64,000 bases of DNA from Octopus bimaculoides (taxonomy: Eukaryota), in contig NC_068989.1 in NCBI RefSeq assembly GCF_001194135.2, positions 60,667,964 through 60,731,963 on the forward strand. Reading direction: 5' to 3'. A program made the position numbers and the translations under genes. A model generated the notes under the pieces. The model searched no databases and was not told the origin of the DNA. It saw only the letters and a program-made list of their open reading frames with translations. Of the stretch, positions 13,486-26,973 are shown piece after piece (the stretch's first letter is position 1; each line of letters begins with the position of its first letter).

Positions 13486-14040
13486 GTGACTGAGGGAGAA
13501 AATGTGTCGATTGTCTGGGACTTCCCCGTACATAGCGACAAAACTGTAAAAGCTAATAAACTGGATATTATTATAAAAAGATCAGACAAAGAAGTGTTTA
13601 TTAATTGACATGAGTATTCCTTGCTATCATAAAATAGCGGCGAAAGAATTTGACAAGATCAGTAAATATAAAGACTTGCTAATAGAAATTGAAAAAATTG
13701 TGGCATCTCAAGGCGACAACGGTACCAGTGATTGTAGAATCTTTAGGAATGTTAAAAAGTTATTGAAACCTATTTGAAAATGATACCAGGCCTACCATCC
13801 CTACTGGAAGTGCAAAAAATAGTGTTAACTGGAACGACTCATGTACAGAGAAGAACATTATCGCTTTGAAAATAACATCCATTCATGAAGTTATTTATTT
13901 ATACATTTTTTTACATACATATTTTACCTGTGAATTTGCGTGTGTAAACTGAGAATGCATACAATGAGCTTCAATGCCTTAGGTGTACGGTAAACACTCG
14001 ACGAGAAATGCAATAGATTTGAAGAAAGAAGAAAAAACAT
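13486..14040 (+). mobile_element. Second, different R4/Dong-like element: 3' end with REL endonuclease and 3' UTR
   Basis: NVSIVWDFPVHSDKTVKANKLDIII..LLIDMSIP..KEFDKISKYKDLLIEIEK..WHLKATTVPVIVESLG..EVQKIVLTGTTHVQRRTLSL* (stop 13867-13869). A 170-bp UTR and then (AAT)n follow. Confidence 0.9.
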
Positions 14041-14059
14041 AATAATAATAATAATAATG

Positions 14060-14125
<66 letters not shown>
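14041..14125 (+). repeat. (AAT)n microsatellite
   Basis: Directly visible. Confidence 0.98.
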
Positions 14126-14126
<1 letters not shown>

Positions 14127-15144
14127 GTCCACTGCGATTTACTATACTATTAAGTAAATGACTCACCTGAAGTTCGGGATAAGCAGCAGCAGTTATGTAA
14201 TGTGCTATTGTGGAATGGAAAGAATGCAAACTCATTTCTGATTATAAAATAAATGCAAGGGTGAAGGCAGAAATGGTGGTTTGGGTTTGAGAATGACATA
14301 TAAACAGATTAGATATAATGTGAAAATACAATTCGATACTGAACCGTAGGGGAAACCCATTTTCTAATACCTCAAGACAACCTTATAGATGGTCACTCAC
14401 TTTACTAGAAATGTCAGTCTGATAATCCCTATATTATATTTTACCGTCTTAAATAAGCAATTTTACATTAGCTAATCTAATCCTACAAACGGATAGAAGT
14501 ATGTAGTGCTGAATGGAGGAATATCCACTCTCTGAATGAGACGTGTTAGCCACGGCTGGAATGATTTGATCATTTATGTGCTCGATCAAGATTGAGTTTG
14601 TAGTGAAGTACTGAAGCAGAAGAACAACAACGCTTAAGATATTTGATAGAATAATTGAAGCAGACAGATCACATCAATTGAACGGACTGTAACATAATTA
14701 AGCAAAGCAGCATCGATGTAGTTTATAGGCTCAGCATTAATTGGAATTGCTGCTTAATGCATTGAATATTTCTTGAAATAAATACTCCGCTAGCACATCA
14801 TTCACTTTCGCCATTTAATTATTTCATAAAAACACAACTAAAAATAAGAATGAAAATAAAATCTATCCTCTATGAAAAAAAAAAAAAAAGCATATGCTTG
14901 AAATTATAAGATTTAATTAATGTAGGTAACAACACAAAATTAAATAAAGCTTCTGAAAACTTTATGGCATTCCTTTCATCAAAACCTTGACACAGAAAGT
15001 AAAACTACCAATACATCGGGGCAAATACAGATCATGGATGTAATAATTAGCTTGCTAGAAGTAGCAGCTAATTCTCACCTTACTATGATACTATCGTCTT
15101 AGAATTAAGAGAAAGGGTATGACGAATATACCTCTCTCAGTGTT

Positions 15145-15197
15145 CAACATGTACTTATTTTATCGACCCCGAAAGGATGAAAGGCAAAGTTGACCTC
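15145..15197 (-). mobile_element. CORE-type SINE fragment
   Basis: tacttattttatcgaccccgaaaggatgaaaggcaaagttgacctc matches 20770-20820. Confidence 0.7.
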
Positions 15198-15419
15198 CCT
15201 AATGCTGTACCGTATACCCTGGTGCAGTACACATTATGATGCCCTGATGCAGTGCCACATGTCCTGATGCAGTACGAAGCAGTCGCTCTCATGACTTTTG
15301 ATCTTAACTCATTGAAAGTGTTATCATGTCCATTGTTTTGTCTTGGGCTAAAGCAAATATTCTACATTGTTTACATTATTTACATTTGACGGATATTTGC
15401 CTTCATCTTGTTTGTTGTT

Positions 15420-15465
15420 AACACAACGTTTCGGCAGATATAGCCTCGAGACTTCATCAGGTGTC
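15420..15465 (-). ncRNA. Minimal type-I hammerhead ribozyme-like motif within a short interspersed repeat (~15365-15565)
   Basis: Minus strand reads GACAC-CTGATGA-agtctcgaggctatatctgcc-GAAA-CGT-T-GTGTT. The core boxes are intact, helix I (GACAC/GTGTT) pairs, and helix III is the palindromic ACGT. Helix II is poorly paired in this copy. Confidence 0.6.
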
Positions 15466-16008
15466 TTGGGGAAATTTCGAACCTGGGTTCTCATTCCTAA
15501 GGTATTATTTGATGTTGTTGTTGTTATTATTATTATTAATAATAATGCGTATTATTATTATTAATATTAATGCGTAGTTCATATTTTGATAACAGAATTA
15601 CTTGACACTGTATTATTCATTGAGAAGCAAACAAAGAAAGATAAAAGAAGTAATTACTGTCTGGATAGAATTACTGATGGAGGAATGTAGAATACAATTT
15701 AGGTCGGGAGCTGTCAAGTTGAAACAGGTTACGACTTGATAGTTTTTTTGAACAGTTGCTATATAATTAATATTATTAGTAGCAATCTGTCGTTTGATCG
15801 TCTTTCTATCCTTGTTGAAAGAATATTTTTACTATAGCAAATAAAATATTACATTTTTTTTTTACTGCAATATAAAAGTTCCTAGTGCCAATAAAAATCT
15901 CGATATTTGTTCCTACTAGAAAGAGTTCGTTAGTTGCTTTGAGATTTGACAAATCCGATATCAATTTCCCATAAGCACGCTTCCTCAAACACAATCACAG
16001 TAACACAG

Positions 16009-16049
<41 letters not shown>

Positions 16050-17017
16050 AGGATAATTTCTACAATGATTTCTCAAGGTGTTTACTTAACTGTGACCGTT
16101 TAGACAGCCATCATCGTACATGGCTTTAGCAAACATTTAATCCGATGGGAGAGATAACCATTAAAAGGTTAAATATCTATGACTTAACTGATTTTATAGA
16201 TAGTCATATGACATTGGTCGATAGACGCCATTTTATCATTGTTGCTTGTTTACCGACTACACGACATTCAAGCTACAACTGCTTTCAAACATGGTACTCT
16301 CATGCTCTCTCTTTGTCCCTCTTCTCATAGACAGAAAAGCAAGCAAACACAAACTCACCCCCGCACACATATTATTTATATAATTATGAGTATTATTATA
16401 AAGGATAATAACTGTTTCCAGAGAATTCTATCGTGTGAAAATGTCTTATCGTAGTCAATAATTTCAGTTTTAACTACAAAGATATTCATATGCCGATTTC
16501 CGATATATATTCTTTGAGTTGTAGGCCTTAGTTTCAAGTTCTCTTTCATACGTAGAAGTAACCCATCCTTGTGATGCAGAACAGATATCAATTCACAACC
16601 ATATTGCATTGTCATTCTCAATAGTATAAATGGATTTGTTGAAAATCACGGCAAGAATGTTTTAGTTAAATATTTTAGGTTATATAAACATATGGACAAA
16701 TACCACTATATTAAACACCTTACAGCAAAAACACTTGATTTATGAAAACTATCTTCGTCTTTGGTGGATGTTCATGGCTATGAAAAAGCAATAACGACCC
16801 GCTCTGCTTTTTGAGAAACTCTTGATTGCTGATATTATTTCCCCTTCTGAAGTGAATATGTTTAAAATTGCCTTTGGTAATTTGAATACGTCTTCTAGAG
16901 TCGGAGATAATTTTAATGAAGCAAAAACGCTTGGTATAATATAAGTAACATTCTGGGTTTTTCTATGTCATTCGAAAACAGGACACTAGCTACTTTGTAC
17001 TAATTCTCTTAGTTCAA

Positions 17018-17219
<202 letters not shown>

Positions 17220-20200
17220 NNNNNNNNNNNNNNNNNNNNNNNNNNNNNNNNNNNNNNNNNNNNNNNNNNNNNNNNNNNNNNNNNNNNNNNNNNNNNNNNN
17301 NNNNNNNNNNNNNNNNNNNNNNNNNNNNNNNNNNNNNNNNNNNNNNNNNNNNNNNNNNNNNNNNNNNNNNNNNNNNNNNNNNNNNNNNNNNNNNNNNNNN
17401 NNNNNNNNNNNNNNNNNNNNNNNNNNNNNNNNNNNNNNNNNNNNNNNNNNNNNNNNNNNNNNNNNNNNNNNNNNNNNNNNNNNNNNNNNNNNNNNNNNNN
17501 NNNNNNNNNNNNNNNNNNNNNNNNNNNNNNNNNNNNNNNNNNNNNNNNNNNNNNNNNNNNNNNNNNNNNNNNNNNNNNNNNNNNNNNNNNNNNNNNNNNN
17601 NNNNNNNNNNNNNNNNNNNNNNNNNNNNNNNNNNNNNNNNNNNNNNNNNNNNNNNNNNNNNNNNNNNNNNNNNNNNNNNNNNNNNNNNNNNNNNNNNNNN
17701 NNNNNNNNNNNNNNNNNNNNNNNNNNNNNNNNNNNNNNNNNNNNNNNNNNNNNNNNNNNNNNNNNNNNNNNNNNNNNNNNNNNNNNNNNNNNNNNNNNNN
17801 NNNNNNNNNNNNNNNNNNNNNNNNNNNNNNNNNNNNNNNNNNNNNNNNNNNNNNNNNNNNNNNNNNNNNNNNNNNNNNNNNNNNNNNNNNNNNNNNNNNN
17901 NNNNNNNNNNNNNNNNNNNNNNNNNNNNNNNNNNNNNNNNNNNNNNNNNNNNNNNNNNNNAAAGAAAACAAAAAGGCAAAAGAGAGTCACTTACTGTTAT
18001 AGTTTCTTCAATGAGAATATTGACCAAGGTTACCGTGGTCTTTTCCGTAGGCTTTTCTTTCCACGGCCAAACCTAAACTGTCCTCCCCTCCTTTTACACG
18101 AGAACATTACTGTGTGATACACTACCCCCTTTTCCTTCCTAAGATCCCTTTTGATCGACCCCGCCTTTTTTTTTCTTCCCCCTCCCAAAAAGAAAAGCTC
18201 TACATTGTATTTGTCCCATCTTCGTTGAGCCCTGTGTGGCTAATAAAAGAAATGTATCTATCTATCTCTCTATCTATCAATCTATCTATCTATCAATCTA
18301 TCTATCACAATTTCAAAAGTCAACAGTACTTGCCTTATAACTAGTAAATTAGTTACCTTATGTAATGTTAAGTATCTCGATGAATATATCAATATCTTTG
18401 TTTTCTACATGCATATGAATTTGTATAATTTATGTGTAGTGAGTAACTATTTTAGAAAATATACTGAATATAAACATATAGTTTAGAATACATAGATTTG
18501 GTTGTTTATATGCGTGTATTTGCGAACTGAAGTGTTATTATTTAATTTGAATTCAGTTATTTTGGAGAATTTATCACAATCATATTATGTATTAAGTATC
18601 TAAATTTGGATGGGTAACAAATAACCAACATGTGAGACGACTGTCAGTAGCATACATTATTCTCAATCTCGAAGTGTACCCGTTTTTGAGAACGCGTTGT
18701 ATATCCCATTGCTTTATTCAGACATATCCATTGTAGAATTATTGAACATTAGTCAGATTACAGAGATGAGTTCAATGCTTATGATATGAAAAGCAAAATT
18801 TCTCATACTTTACGCAAGAGCAACAGTGATTCAGAAAATAGTTTGGTTTATAATTGAGTAAAAGGTCTTTCGCAGTAACATACACGCTCTTTTATCAAAC
18901 GAGATGTAAGGAGTGAATACATTACACTATTATTTCATCACTTTAATATATTCTAAAGCATGTTGTCATACAAGAAACAGATGATGAGCACTCCAGTGTC
19001 GTTCAATTTTATTACAAGTAATTGATTAATGTGTGAATAGTGAGAAGCCAATTGTAGCGACAGAACTGTGAGTCATGCATATCAAATCAATAGCTAAAAA
19101 CATCGATAAAAAAATTGTACCATCCCTGTAAACGCAGGAATCATTCAGCGTTAACTTTTACATTTAATCATTAAGGGAGAAGCTTTTACTACGAGCCATA
19201 TTTGTTGCAGGTAATACAGCTTTTTCTATGCAAACAATCAAAAATACACAACACATACCTATTTAATGACAAAAAAAAATCCATATAAATTTCAGGTAAC
19301 AGCGAATGATAATGCATTCATGATGTATAGTGTCACACACAAGCATTATAAACGATCATATGTATATATTAACAGAGGTACAACATCTCGATTACAATAC
19401 AAAATTCAATAATACGATTTGGTGAAAAAGCTATATGTTTTAGTTTTTATGTAAGTATTAGGCGGTATCTACTTATCATATTGAAGGTTATAAAAAAAAT
19501 AAAAGACTAATTATGCATTAGTCTCAGGAAAGTTAAAAGCCGTATATTTCATTTGCAGATACAATTTTGATATATTTTCCGCATAAATATCTACGCATTT
19601 ACACATTTTCATCATATAAACGAGTAACTAAGAATGTAGGCTGTTTGAAAATTCAAACTGGAATATTTTTCCTTAATAATTATATTGTTATCTATTAATC
19701 TGATGCTAAAATATTAAAGATCTTGACTGCTACATTAACATTCTCTTTCTAAATGAATGCCGTTGTAATATATTTTACGCAAAAGATATTAGCAATTAGG
19801 TACTGTATCTGCAACGAGTGATAAACGAATAGAATAAAAAGATTTGTGTTCGCTTTTAGTCATCAAAATCTGATACATCTTAACAAAAGGTGTATAACAA
19901 ATATTATCTAAACTGTTAAGTAAAGGTTTTAAATGTTCATTAGAAAACGTTTTAGCATTGAATATCCTGAAGGTCCTACATAGACAATAATGCTACTTCT
20001 AGGTCTTGTATTTTGAAGTATTGTTATATGTAGATATTGTTTTGAGGGCCCTGAGATTTTTAAATTACAGACAAAACTAAAAACAATATATAGAAACATC
20101 TATGGTAATGAAAGCGTATGCTTGTTTGAAATGGGAATTTCAAAGTATTACTTCAAACTTTCTTTCAAAATTAAGCAGCATTACATCTCATTTGTGATTC

Positions 20201-20687
20201 AGAAAATTCCTGAAGTACACTATCAATATTACAAATTACTGTTTAACGCCATTGTTCATTTGACATTAAGTAGTAAAATATTAGGTTAATCTATGGACAG
20301 AAAGTCTTACAATATGAAACATTATTATAGTTCCATTCCATCCGTATGTTTCATGTAATATTACTATTTTTGGATATTTAAAACTTACAAATGAAACGTA
20401 CGATTGCTTCATTTTGATAAAACAGTGTTTTCGTATTCTTTTATTTTTAAATAATTGGTCTTCTTTTCTTTGGTCAGACTATAACCATTTAGTGTCTGAA
20501 GGTAAATGTAATGTTTATGTATATTTATTAAGTATATTATTTTATTCCAGTCATAAAGAATGCCATTGTGCGACAAAGAAGCAACGCCTTCAATTGTTTG
20601 GTCAACAATAACGAACCAATATTCGCTTAAGTCTACTAATTATGATAATTTTTATGACGATTTCTGTCGAACCATATAGTAGTGTTA

Positions 20688-20904
20688 TTTCTTTACTACC
20701 CACAGAGAGGGTACATACAAGGACAGACAAAGAGATTAAGTCGATTACATCGACCTCAGTGCGTAACTGGTACTTATTTAATCGACCCCGAAAGGATGAA
20801 AGGCAAAGTCGGCTTCGGCGGAATTTGAACTCAGAACGTAGCGGCAGACAAAATACCGCTAAGCATTTTGCCCGGCGTGCTAACATGTCTGCCAGCTCGC
20901 TGCC
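20688..20904 (-). mobile_element. Well-preserved CORE-type tRNA-derived SINE (OR2-like)
   Basis: Minus strand: GGCAGCGAGCTGGCAGA.. head, GTTCTGAGTTCAAATTCC B-box, and core CATCCTTTCGGGGTCGATTAAATAAGTACCAG. Confidence 0.85.
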
Positions 20905-21409
20905 TTATAGTAGTGTGACACATACACAATCCTAGGCACACACATATATTGTTTTGTCATGGTTCAGTGCGGTTCAATCGAAGAAAAGTTCTTTCTGATT
21001 TATTTTTCAACACTTGATAAAATGTTGAGTTTCATACCGTTATACCGTTTTGCTGTTTATTTAAGAACGAACACTATAATCTTTTTAAATTCTTTACGAT
21101 CTCTGGGAAAATTCATGAACTTTCAAACGTCCGTAGAGACAATTCTGAAATTAAATGCATGTAACTGGGCACAAGAAGATAAAAGCATGTGATATATATT
21201 GAAGCAAATACATGCGTATATTTATTGTAAGTATTAAAAGATAGGAAAGAAAAATCATTGACCTGAAATTAATGCTTATATAGAAAGCCACTCTAGAAAT
21301 TTCAGATAAAATTTGCTTCAACTTACCTCTAGGTAATCTGTAATCGTATTCGCATTATTATTTTATATATGTTTAACTAAATTATAATAACAGTTTCATT
21401 TTTTGACTT

Positions 21410-21602
21410 AAGTCAGGAATTTTTAGGGAAGGATTAGGTCGATTACATCGACATCATTACTTGACGTGTATTTTAATTCATCAGCTCCAAAGGATGAAAG
21501 GCAAAATTGGACTCGGCGGGAATTGAATTGAACATAATGAGTCGGATGAAATGCTGCTGATAATTTCAGCCGACAAACTAATGATTCTTCCAGCTCACCG
21601 CC
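21410..21602 (-). mobile_element. CORE-type SINE
   Basis: Same motifs as 20688-20904. Confidence 0.8.
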
Positions 21603-21629
21603 TTGATGATGATGATGTTGATGATGATG

Positions 21630-21670
<41 letters not shown>

Positions 21671-21879
21671 TTCTACTATAGGAACATGGTCTGAATTTTG
21701 GTGGGGAGGGGGGGAATCGATCACATTGATCCCAGTACTTGACTGGTACTTAATTTAACTACCTCGAAAAGACGAAAGCAAAGTCAACCTCAACGGAATT
21801 TGAACTCAGAACATTGCAACAGACGAAATACCGCCGAGTATTTCGCCCTGAATGCTAACGATTCTGCCAGCTCACCGCC
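21671..21879 (-). mobile_element. CORE-type SINE with (ATT)n/(ATC)n tail (21605-21670)
   Basis: Same motifs as 20688-20904. Its trinucleotide tail abuts the head of the previous copy. Confidence 0.85.
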
Positions 21880-23365
21880 TTAAGAATAATGATAATAAAA
21901 TACTACTACTACTACCACTACTACTACTACTACTAATAATAATAATAATGATAATAATAGTAACAGTAATGATATTGATAATAATGATAGCGGTAAAAAT
22001 ATTTTTTATCACCTTTTGCATTGAAAAGTTCCCCACCCAAAATTTTATTGATATATTATGCAATAAACGTAATAATTGCGATACTTAGCAGTTCAGCTAA
22101 ATCAGGATGCGGAGTTATGTGAATATTTCCGGAGTAATGTGAAATCAAGTTCGGGTTACTACGGGGTAATATAAACTTGACTTCAGATTACCGGAATGTA
22201 ATTTGAAATGAAGTTAGCGTCAATATTTTACATCGAAGAAGTATGGCAATTTATAAGTGAAAAGATATAAAGTAAACGAAAATATCGAGATAACAATGTA
22301 TCTGAACGTAAATACCCCCCCCCCCCACACACACACACAAACACTCACATAAACACACACACACATATCCATCCATATAGTAGAAATACCAACATATTCA
22401 GAGAATAGATTGAGCGAGAGAAAGGAAAGGCAGGGTAGTAGGAAGGAGAGAGGAAGAGGAAGGGCCAAAATGGATAGTCACGACTGGAAAGCTCTTGATC
22501 TTTGGTATGCTTCATCACCGTTCACTTGCGGCTAAACAACATTGACAATAACACAAAACCCAGAGTTGATTAAATAAAATATAAATTTTATGATTTATAA
22601 ATCAAATCATTAATTCTGTTTCTTTAAAAAAATTGTTTATGCAGAACAAAAATATAATAATGTACAGTTCTACTTCGATTTATTTATTTATTTTTTAGAT
22701 CATACTGACAGCATACATTTTCAATGATGCCGATTCTAATTGTTGTAGCATTCTTCCTGAATTTCTGCAAATTATGATTTTAGGCCTTAAAAGCTCTGAA
22801 ATTCACCTTTGACGTAATGGTCTGCTATATCTGAACAAACGACTTACAGTAAAGATTTGAATAAAGGTTATAAATATGATTATAGTTACATCCCTGAAAA
22901 TATATTTCGAATTGTTCAAATATTCTTCTCCTATGTTTTATTATATTTTTTGTAATGGTTTTGTACTTGAAAGTTATAAAACTGTTTCTATTAGCATTTT
23001 TTTTTTGCAGGAAACGAACTGATATTATCATAATGTTATATAAAGAATACTGGGACTGCATGGACTTTTCTAAAGGGAGAACATTTTTATCTTATATTTG
23101 TTCCTTCTACTATTATCTAGTAACTTAGTGTAACATCTTGGAATAGTTTAGAAAATATTAATTCAAATATTTGGCAGCGATACTTCCCAATACATTATAC
23201 CAACTCTAGAAAGCTTTTGTTTAAATTTTCCTTCTGCACATATCTTTGATAACAAACGGAGCGAAATAAAACATCGTGATTCATCTGAAAAAGTTTAGAA
23301 GTGCTTTCTTTTGTTGTACAATTAAAGAAATCGTTTCTATCAGTGTCGGTTTAAAATTTTGATAC

Positions 23366-23525
23366 AAGAATTGCAATTTCATGGAGAGGGGTTTAGTTGA
23401 TAATAATGACCCCAATACTTAACTGGTACTAATTATTATCGACCCTGAAAGAAAAAAAAGGGAAAGTCGGCCTTGGCTGAACTTGGCTGAACCCGATGCA
23501 ATGAAGATTTTGCCAGCTCATCTCC
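23366..23525 (-). mobile_element. Degenerate CORE-type SINE
   Basis: gaccccaatacttaactggtact...atcgaccctgaaag...gccagctcatc. Confidence 0.7.
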
Positions 23526-23639
23526 TTGTTGCTTTCTATCAGTAATATTGGTTTATCGATGACAAGATTTTGCGGATAATATCACAAATCTATTTGTGTT
23601 TCTAAACACCTCTCTTATCTCCTTCCTATTAATTTTTTT

Positions 23640-23860
23640 TTATTAAAGATGTGACGGTCTACTTGCTGTTTCTTTTTCATCTCTTGAACTATTATTATTT
23701 CTTTTAGGTGGTCCAGACTTTACATTTTTTTCGATATTGATTTTGATAGATCTTTTTATTTTGATAGAATAATTTACGTTTAGTAGTAATGAGCCGTCTA
23801 GTGTACATCTGGTAAGGTCTCTTTTGGTAAACTTTAATTTCAGATATTCATCAAGGGGGA
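23640..23860 (-). mobile_element. Possible I/Nimb-like LINE ORF1 relic
   Basis: Minus-strand open stretch PLDEYLKLKFTKRDLTRCTLDGSLLLNV..GPPKRNNNSSR loosely resembles the ORF1 motif RLRDGSLL.V..PH..LNSS. The match is weak. Confidence 0.25.
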
Positions 23861-24279
23861 AGGAACTCTAATCATCCTTGTATGTAACGAAAAATTTTAT
23901 TCTTTTAATGGGAGCGAACGACATTGATCTACCAGTATCTATTTACATAAAAAAAATACGACCATATAGAAAATAATACACCTTTAAAAAATACTTTCTC
24001 ACAAAACGAAAGAAAGACACTGTAATGCTACTGCTGGGAAAGGTAATATTGTTATAAAATAGTAATTGCGTACAGAATATAAAGAAAAAATCTTTACTAT
24101 TATCAAAGAAAACAAGTTGCATGAATATAATAAAATACGCATAAAAATAACATTTCCCATTCCTGGAGCAATATTTCTCATCTTTATCGGAAAAACATGT
24201 TTTAAATTAATATCTTCCAAACATCCCGTACTTACAGACGGGTCTTTCTGTCTGTGTGCATGTACGTACATACATACAC

Positions 24280-24310
<31 letters not shown>

Positions 24311-24312
24311 TG

Positions 24313-24347
<35 letters not shown>

Positions 24348-24827
24348 NNNNNNNNNNNNNNNNNNNNNNNNNNNNNNNNNNNNNNNNNNNNNNNNNNNNN
24401 NNNNNNNNNNNNNNNNNNNNNNNNNNNNNNNNNNNNNNNNNNNNNNNNNNNNNNNNNNNNNNNNNNNNNNNNNNNNNNNNNNNNNNNNNNNNNNNNNNNN
24501 NNNNNNNNNNNNNNNNNNNNNNNNNNNNNNNNNNNNNNNNNNNNNNNNNNNNNNNNNNNNNNNNNNNNNNNNNNNNNNNNNNNNNNNNNNNNNNNNNNNN
24601 NNNNNNNNNNNNNNNNNNNNNNNNNNNNNNNNNNNNNNNNNNNNNNNNNNNNNNNNNNNNNNNNNNNNNNNNNNNNNNNNNNNNNNNNNNNNNNNNNNNN
24701 NNNNNNNNNNNNNNNNNNNNNNNNNNNNNNNNNNNNNNNNNNNNNNNNNNNNNNNNNNNNNNNNNNNNNNNNNNNNNNNNNNNNNNNNNNNNNNNNNNNN
24801 NNNNNNNNATATATATATATATATATA

Positions 24828-25521
24828 CGGCAAATACGAAAAAGAAGAGGATATAAAACGACATACATCATCCGGTAGACATTCCAGTGTGTCTATTTAT
24901 TCCAAAGCATTAGAAAGTATTAGAAGAAAATATACACATGTAGTAACTATGTGTTACACGCGCATGTATTAATATTACAGAAAAGAGCAGAAGATCAGTT
25001 CCATACGGCCATTTCTGCCAAGAGGCAATGAAATCCTCCATGCCATCTCTATCTCTTCAGTGCTCTGTAGTGATGGGCAGATAAAGCTTGGATGATGATT
25101 GTGCTTCTAGGCTTTTTCAGAGGGTCTAAGTGGTTAGGAGGGCTAATATATATATAATAAACAGTTAACAATAGGTACAGTGTATTTGTCATTATTAAAA
25201 AGGGCAGAAAAAGAACTGGAGCAAACATGAGGCTTTGAGAGAAGTACAGCTTATTAAAATTAATTAGCTATAGGAAGGAGAAATAAGTTACAAACTTCCC
25301 GTGATGTATTCCAGGATCCATGTTACTTCGTAACTTATAGGTGAGTATAGTCATTGGAAGGATGCATTTAGGCAGTAGTTCGCATTCTGTTTACGTAGAA
25401 ATTCACATTATGTTTACATAGAAATACAGTGGTAGATTTGAATGTATGGTCCGTGTTACGGAGGTGAAAGTTCATATGTAAAGTGCCAGCTAGTAGTTGC
25501 AACGTTGCGGATGGTATGGCA
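24828..25521 (-). repeat. Unclassified interspersed repeat, copy 1 (possible Penelope 3'/pLTR region)
   Basis: Reverse-complement similar to 29473-30048 over roughly 600 bp. The terminus abuts (TA)n. Strand is given relative to copy 2. Confidence 0.85.
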
Positions 25522-26917
25522 TCAGCAGCGTACGATGGTGAACCCATCATGCTATATTTTTATTATTATTATTACTCTGCTCACTTCTAGGGAGCATTTT
25601 AATTACTAGCTGCTAGTATGTATGATGAACTAGTTCCGCGTGTATTTTCTAAAGGTTCATAAGGTTCATTAGAGAGGGGTTGTTAGCCACAGCGTATAAA
25701 CCATGCACTCTAGAAACGAGTAGAATAATAATAATATAGCACGCTATCCAATAGCTTAAGTTATAACTATAAACCATTATGTACAATCGGATAATTGAGC
25801 ATAATATAGTATAATATAATACATTTTACTATAGTTAAACTACCTAATACATTGTAATCCATAGATTTCTTCACCACATATTTGATGCCCTTACCCGAAA
25901 ACAAATATCTCTAATTTGCATCTGCAACTGATGCTACCTCTTCGCTTAGACCTAAATTGAGTAATATTCCAATACGGAATTAATTAATTAATTTTAGTAG
26001 CTAGAAATACTAGTGCCCCCCCCACCCCTACATAGAATTAGATAGTGGTATGTTCCTGCATCCTTAGTTATTACTGTAACTTTTGATTAAGTCCATGACA
26101 GTTGGATCGCAAAAAAACAACTGTGACCATCGCATTATATTTTCCTGAAAATCTATTTTCAATACGCTACGAAGTTATATGTTATCCTGAGTAAGAGTTG
26201 TTTGCCATATCTCTGACCTCAGAGAGACATTCGCCACCTCATTTGTTTATCTAGATCTTTACGAACATGAGATTAATTTTCCTTGAACAATGAAAGTTAG
26301 AATGCAATAATCTGACACCATTTGTAATTACTATAAGGTGCTTAATCATTACTTTCAAACAAATAGCTACTGCCGAAAGTAAAATATTCAGTTAAAATAT
26401 TTTCATAACAGGAATCAGACTCAACGATCAATGATGTACTCGGTATCACAGAAGCGATGTAGAAAATGCAGTATATACACGAAGAAGCAATATGCACGAT
26501 GCAGTGATATATGCAATAGAGTGATGTATACTAGAAAGTGATATTTATGATGAAATGATATATAACGGGTTTAAATTACATGGTTGTGATACTTTTGATC
26601 ACGAATCAGTCTTTACATTGGTATAATTAATATCGTTTGCTTCAACATTCTTAGACGTTAATTAACAGCTCTTGCCAACATATGCACATACATGTGTCTA
26701 TATCTTTCTACCATTGTGTCTATCTACCGATTTACATCTTCTTATTACCCCCTCTCCCCCATTTCTACCGTGTGTGTGAGTGTGCGTGTGTATGTGTGTG
26801 TGTGCGTGTGCGCGTGCGTGTGTACTTGTGTCAGTGTGTCGTGTGTGTTCCTAAGCACTATTTAAATTTTCTCAGCATCAAGTACTGCATGTACTGGGAA
26901 CTGTTTAGATGTATACG

Positions 26918-26973
<56 letters not shown>

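Noticed and set aside
17990-18200. Minus-strand GTAAGT donor after a purine-rich segment (possible non-coding first exon)
   Set aside because: It is a single motif with no partner acceptor or recognisable peptide.
20478-20631. Possible 24-nt micro-exon plus downstream exon (DYNHLVSE/VIKNAIVRQRS..)
   Set aside because: The implied intron is only 49 nt, I recognise no homology, and such AG/GT pairs are common in AT-rich DNA.
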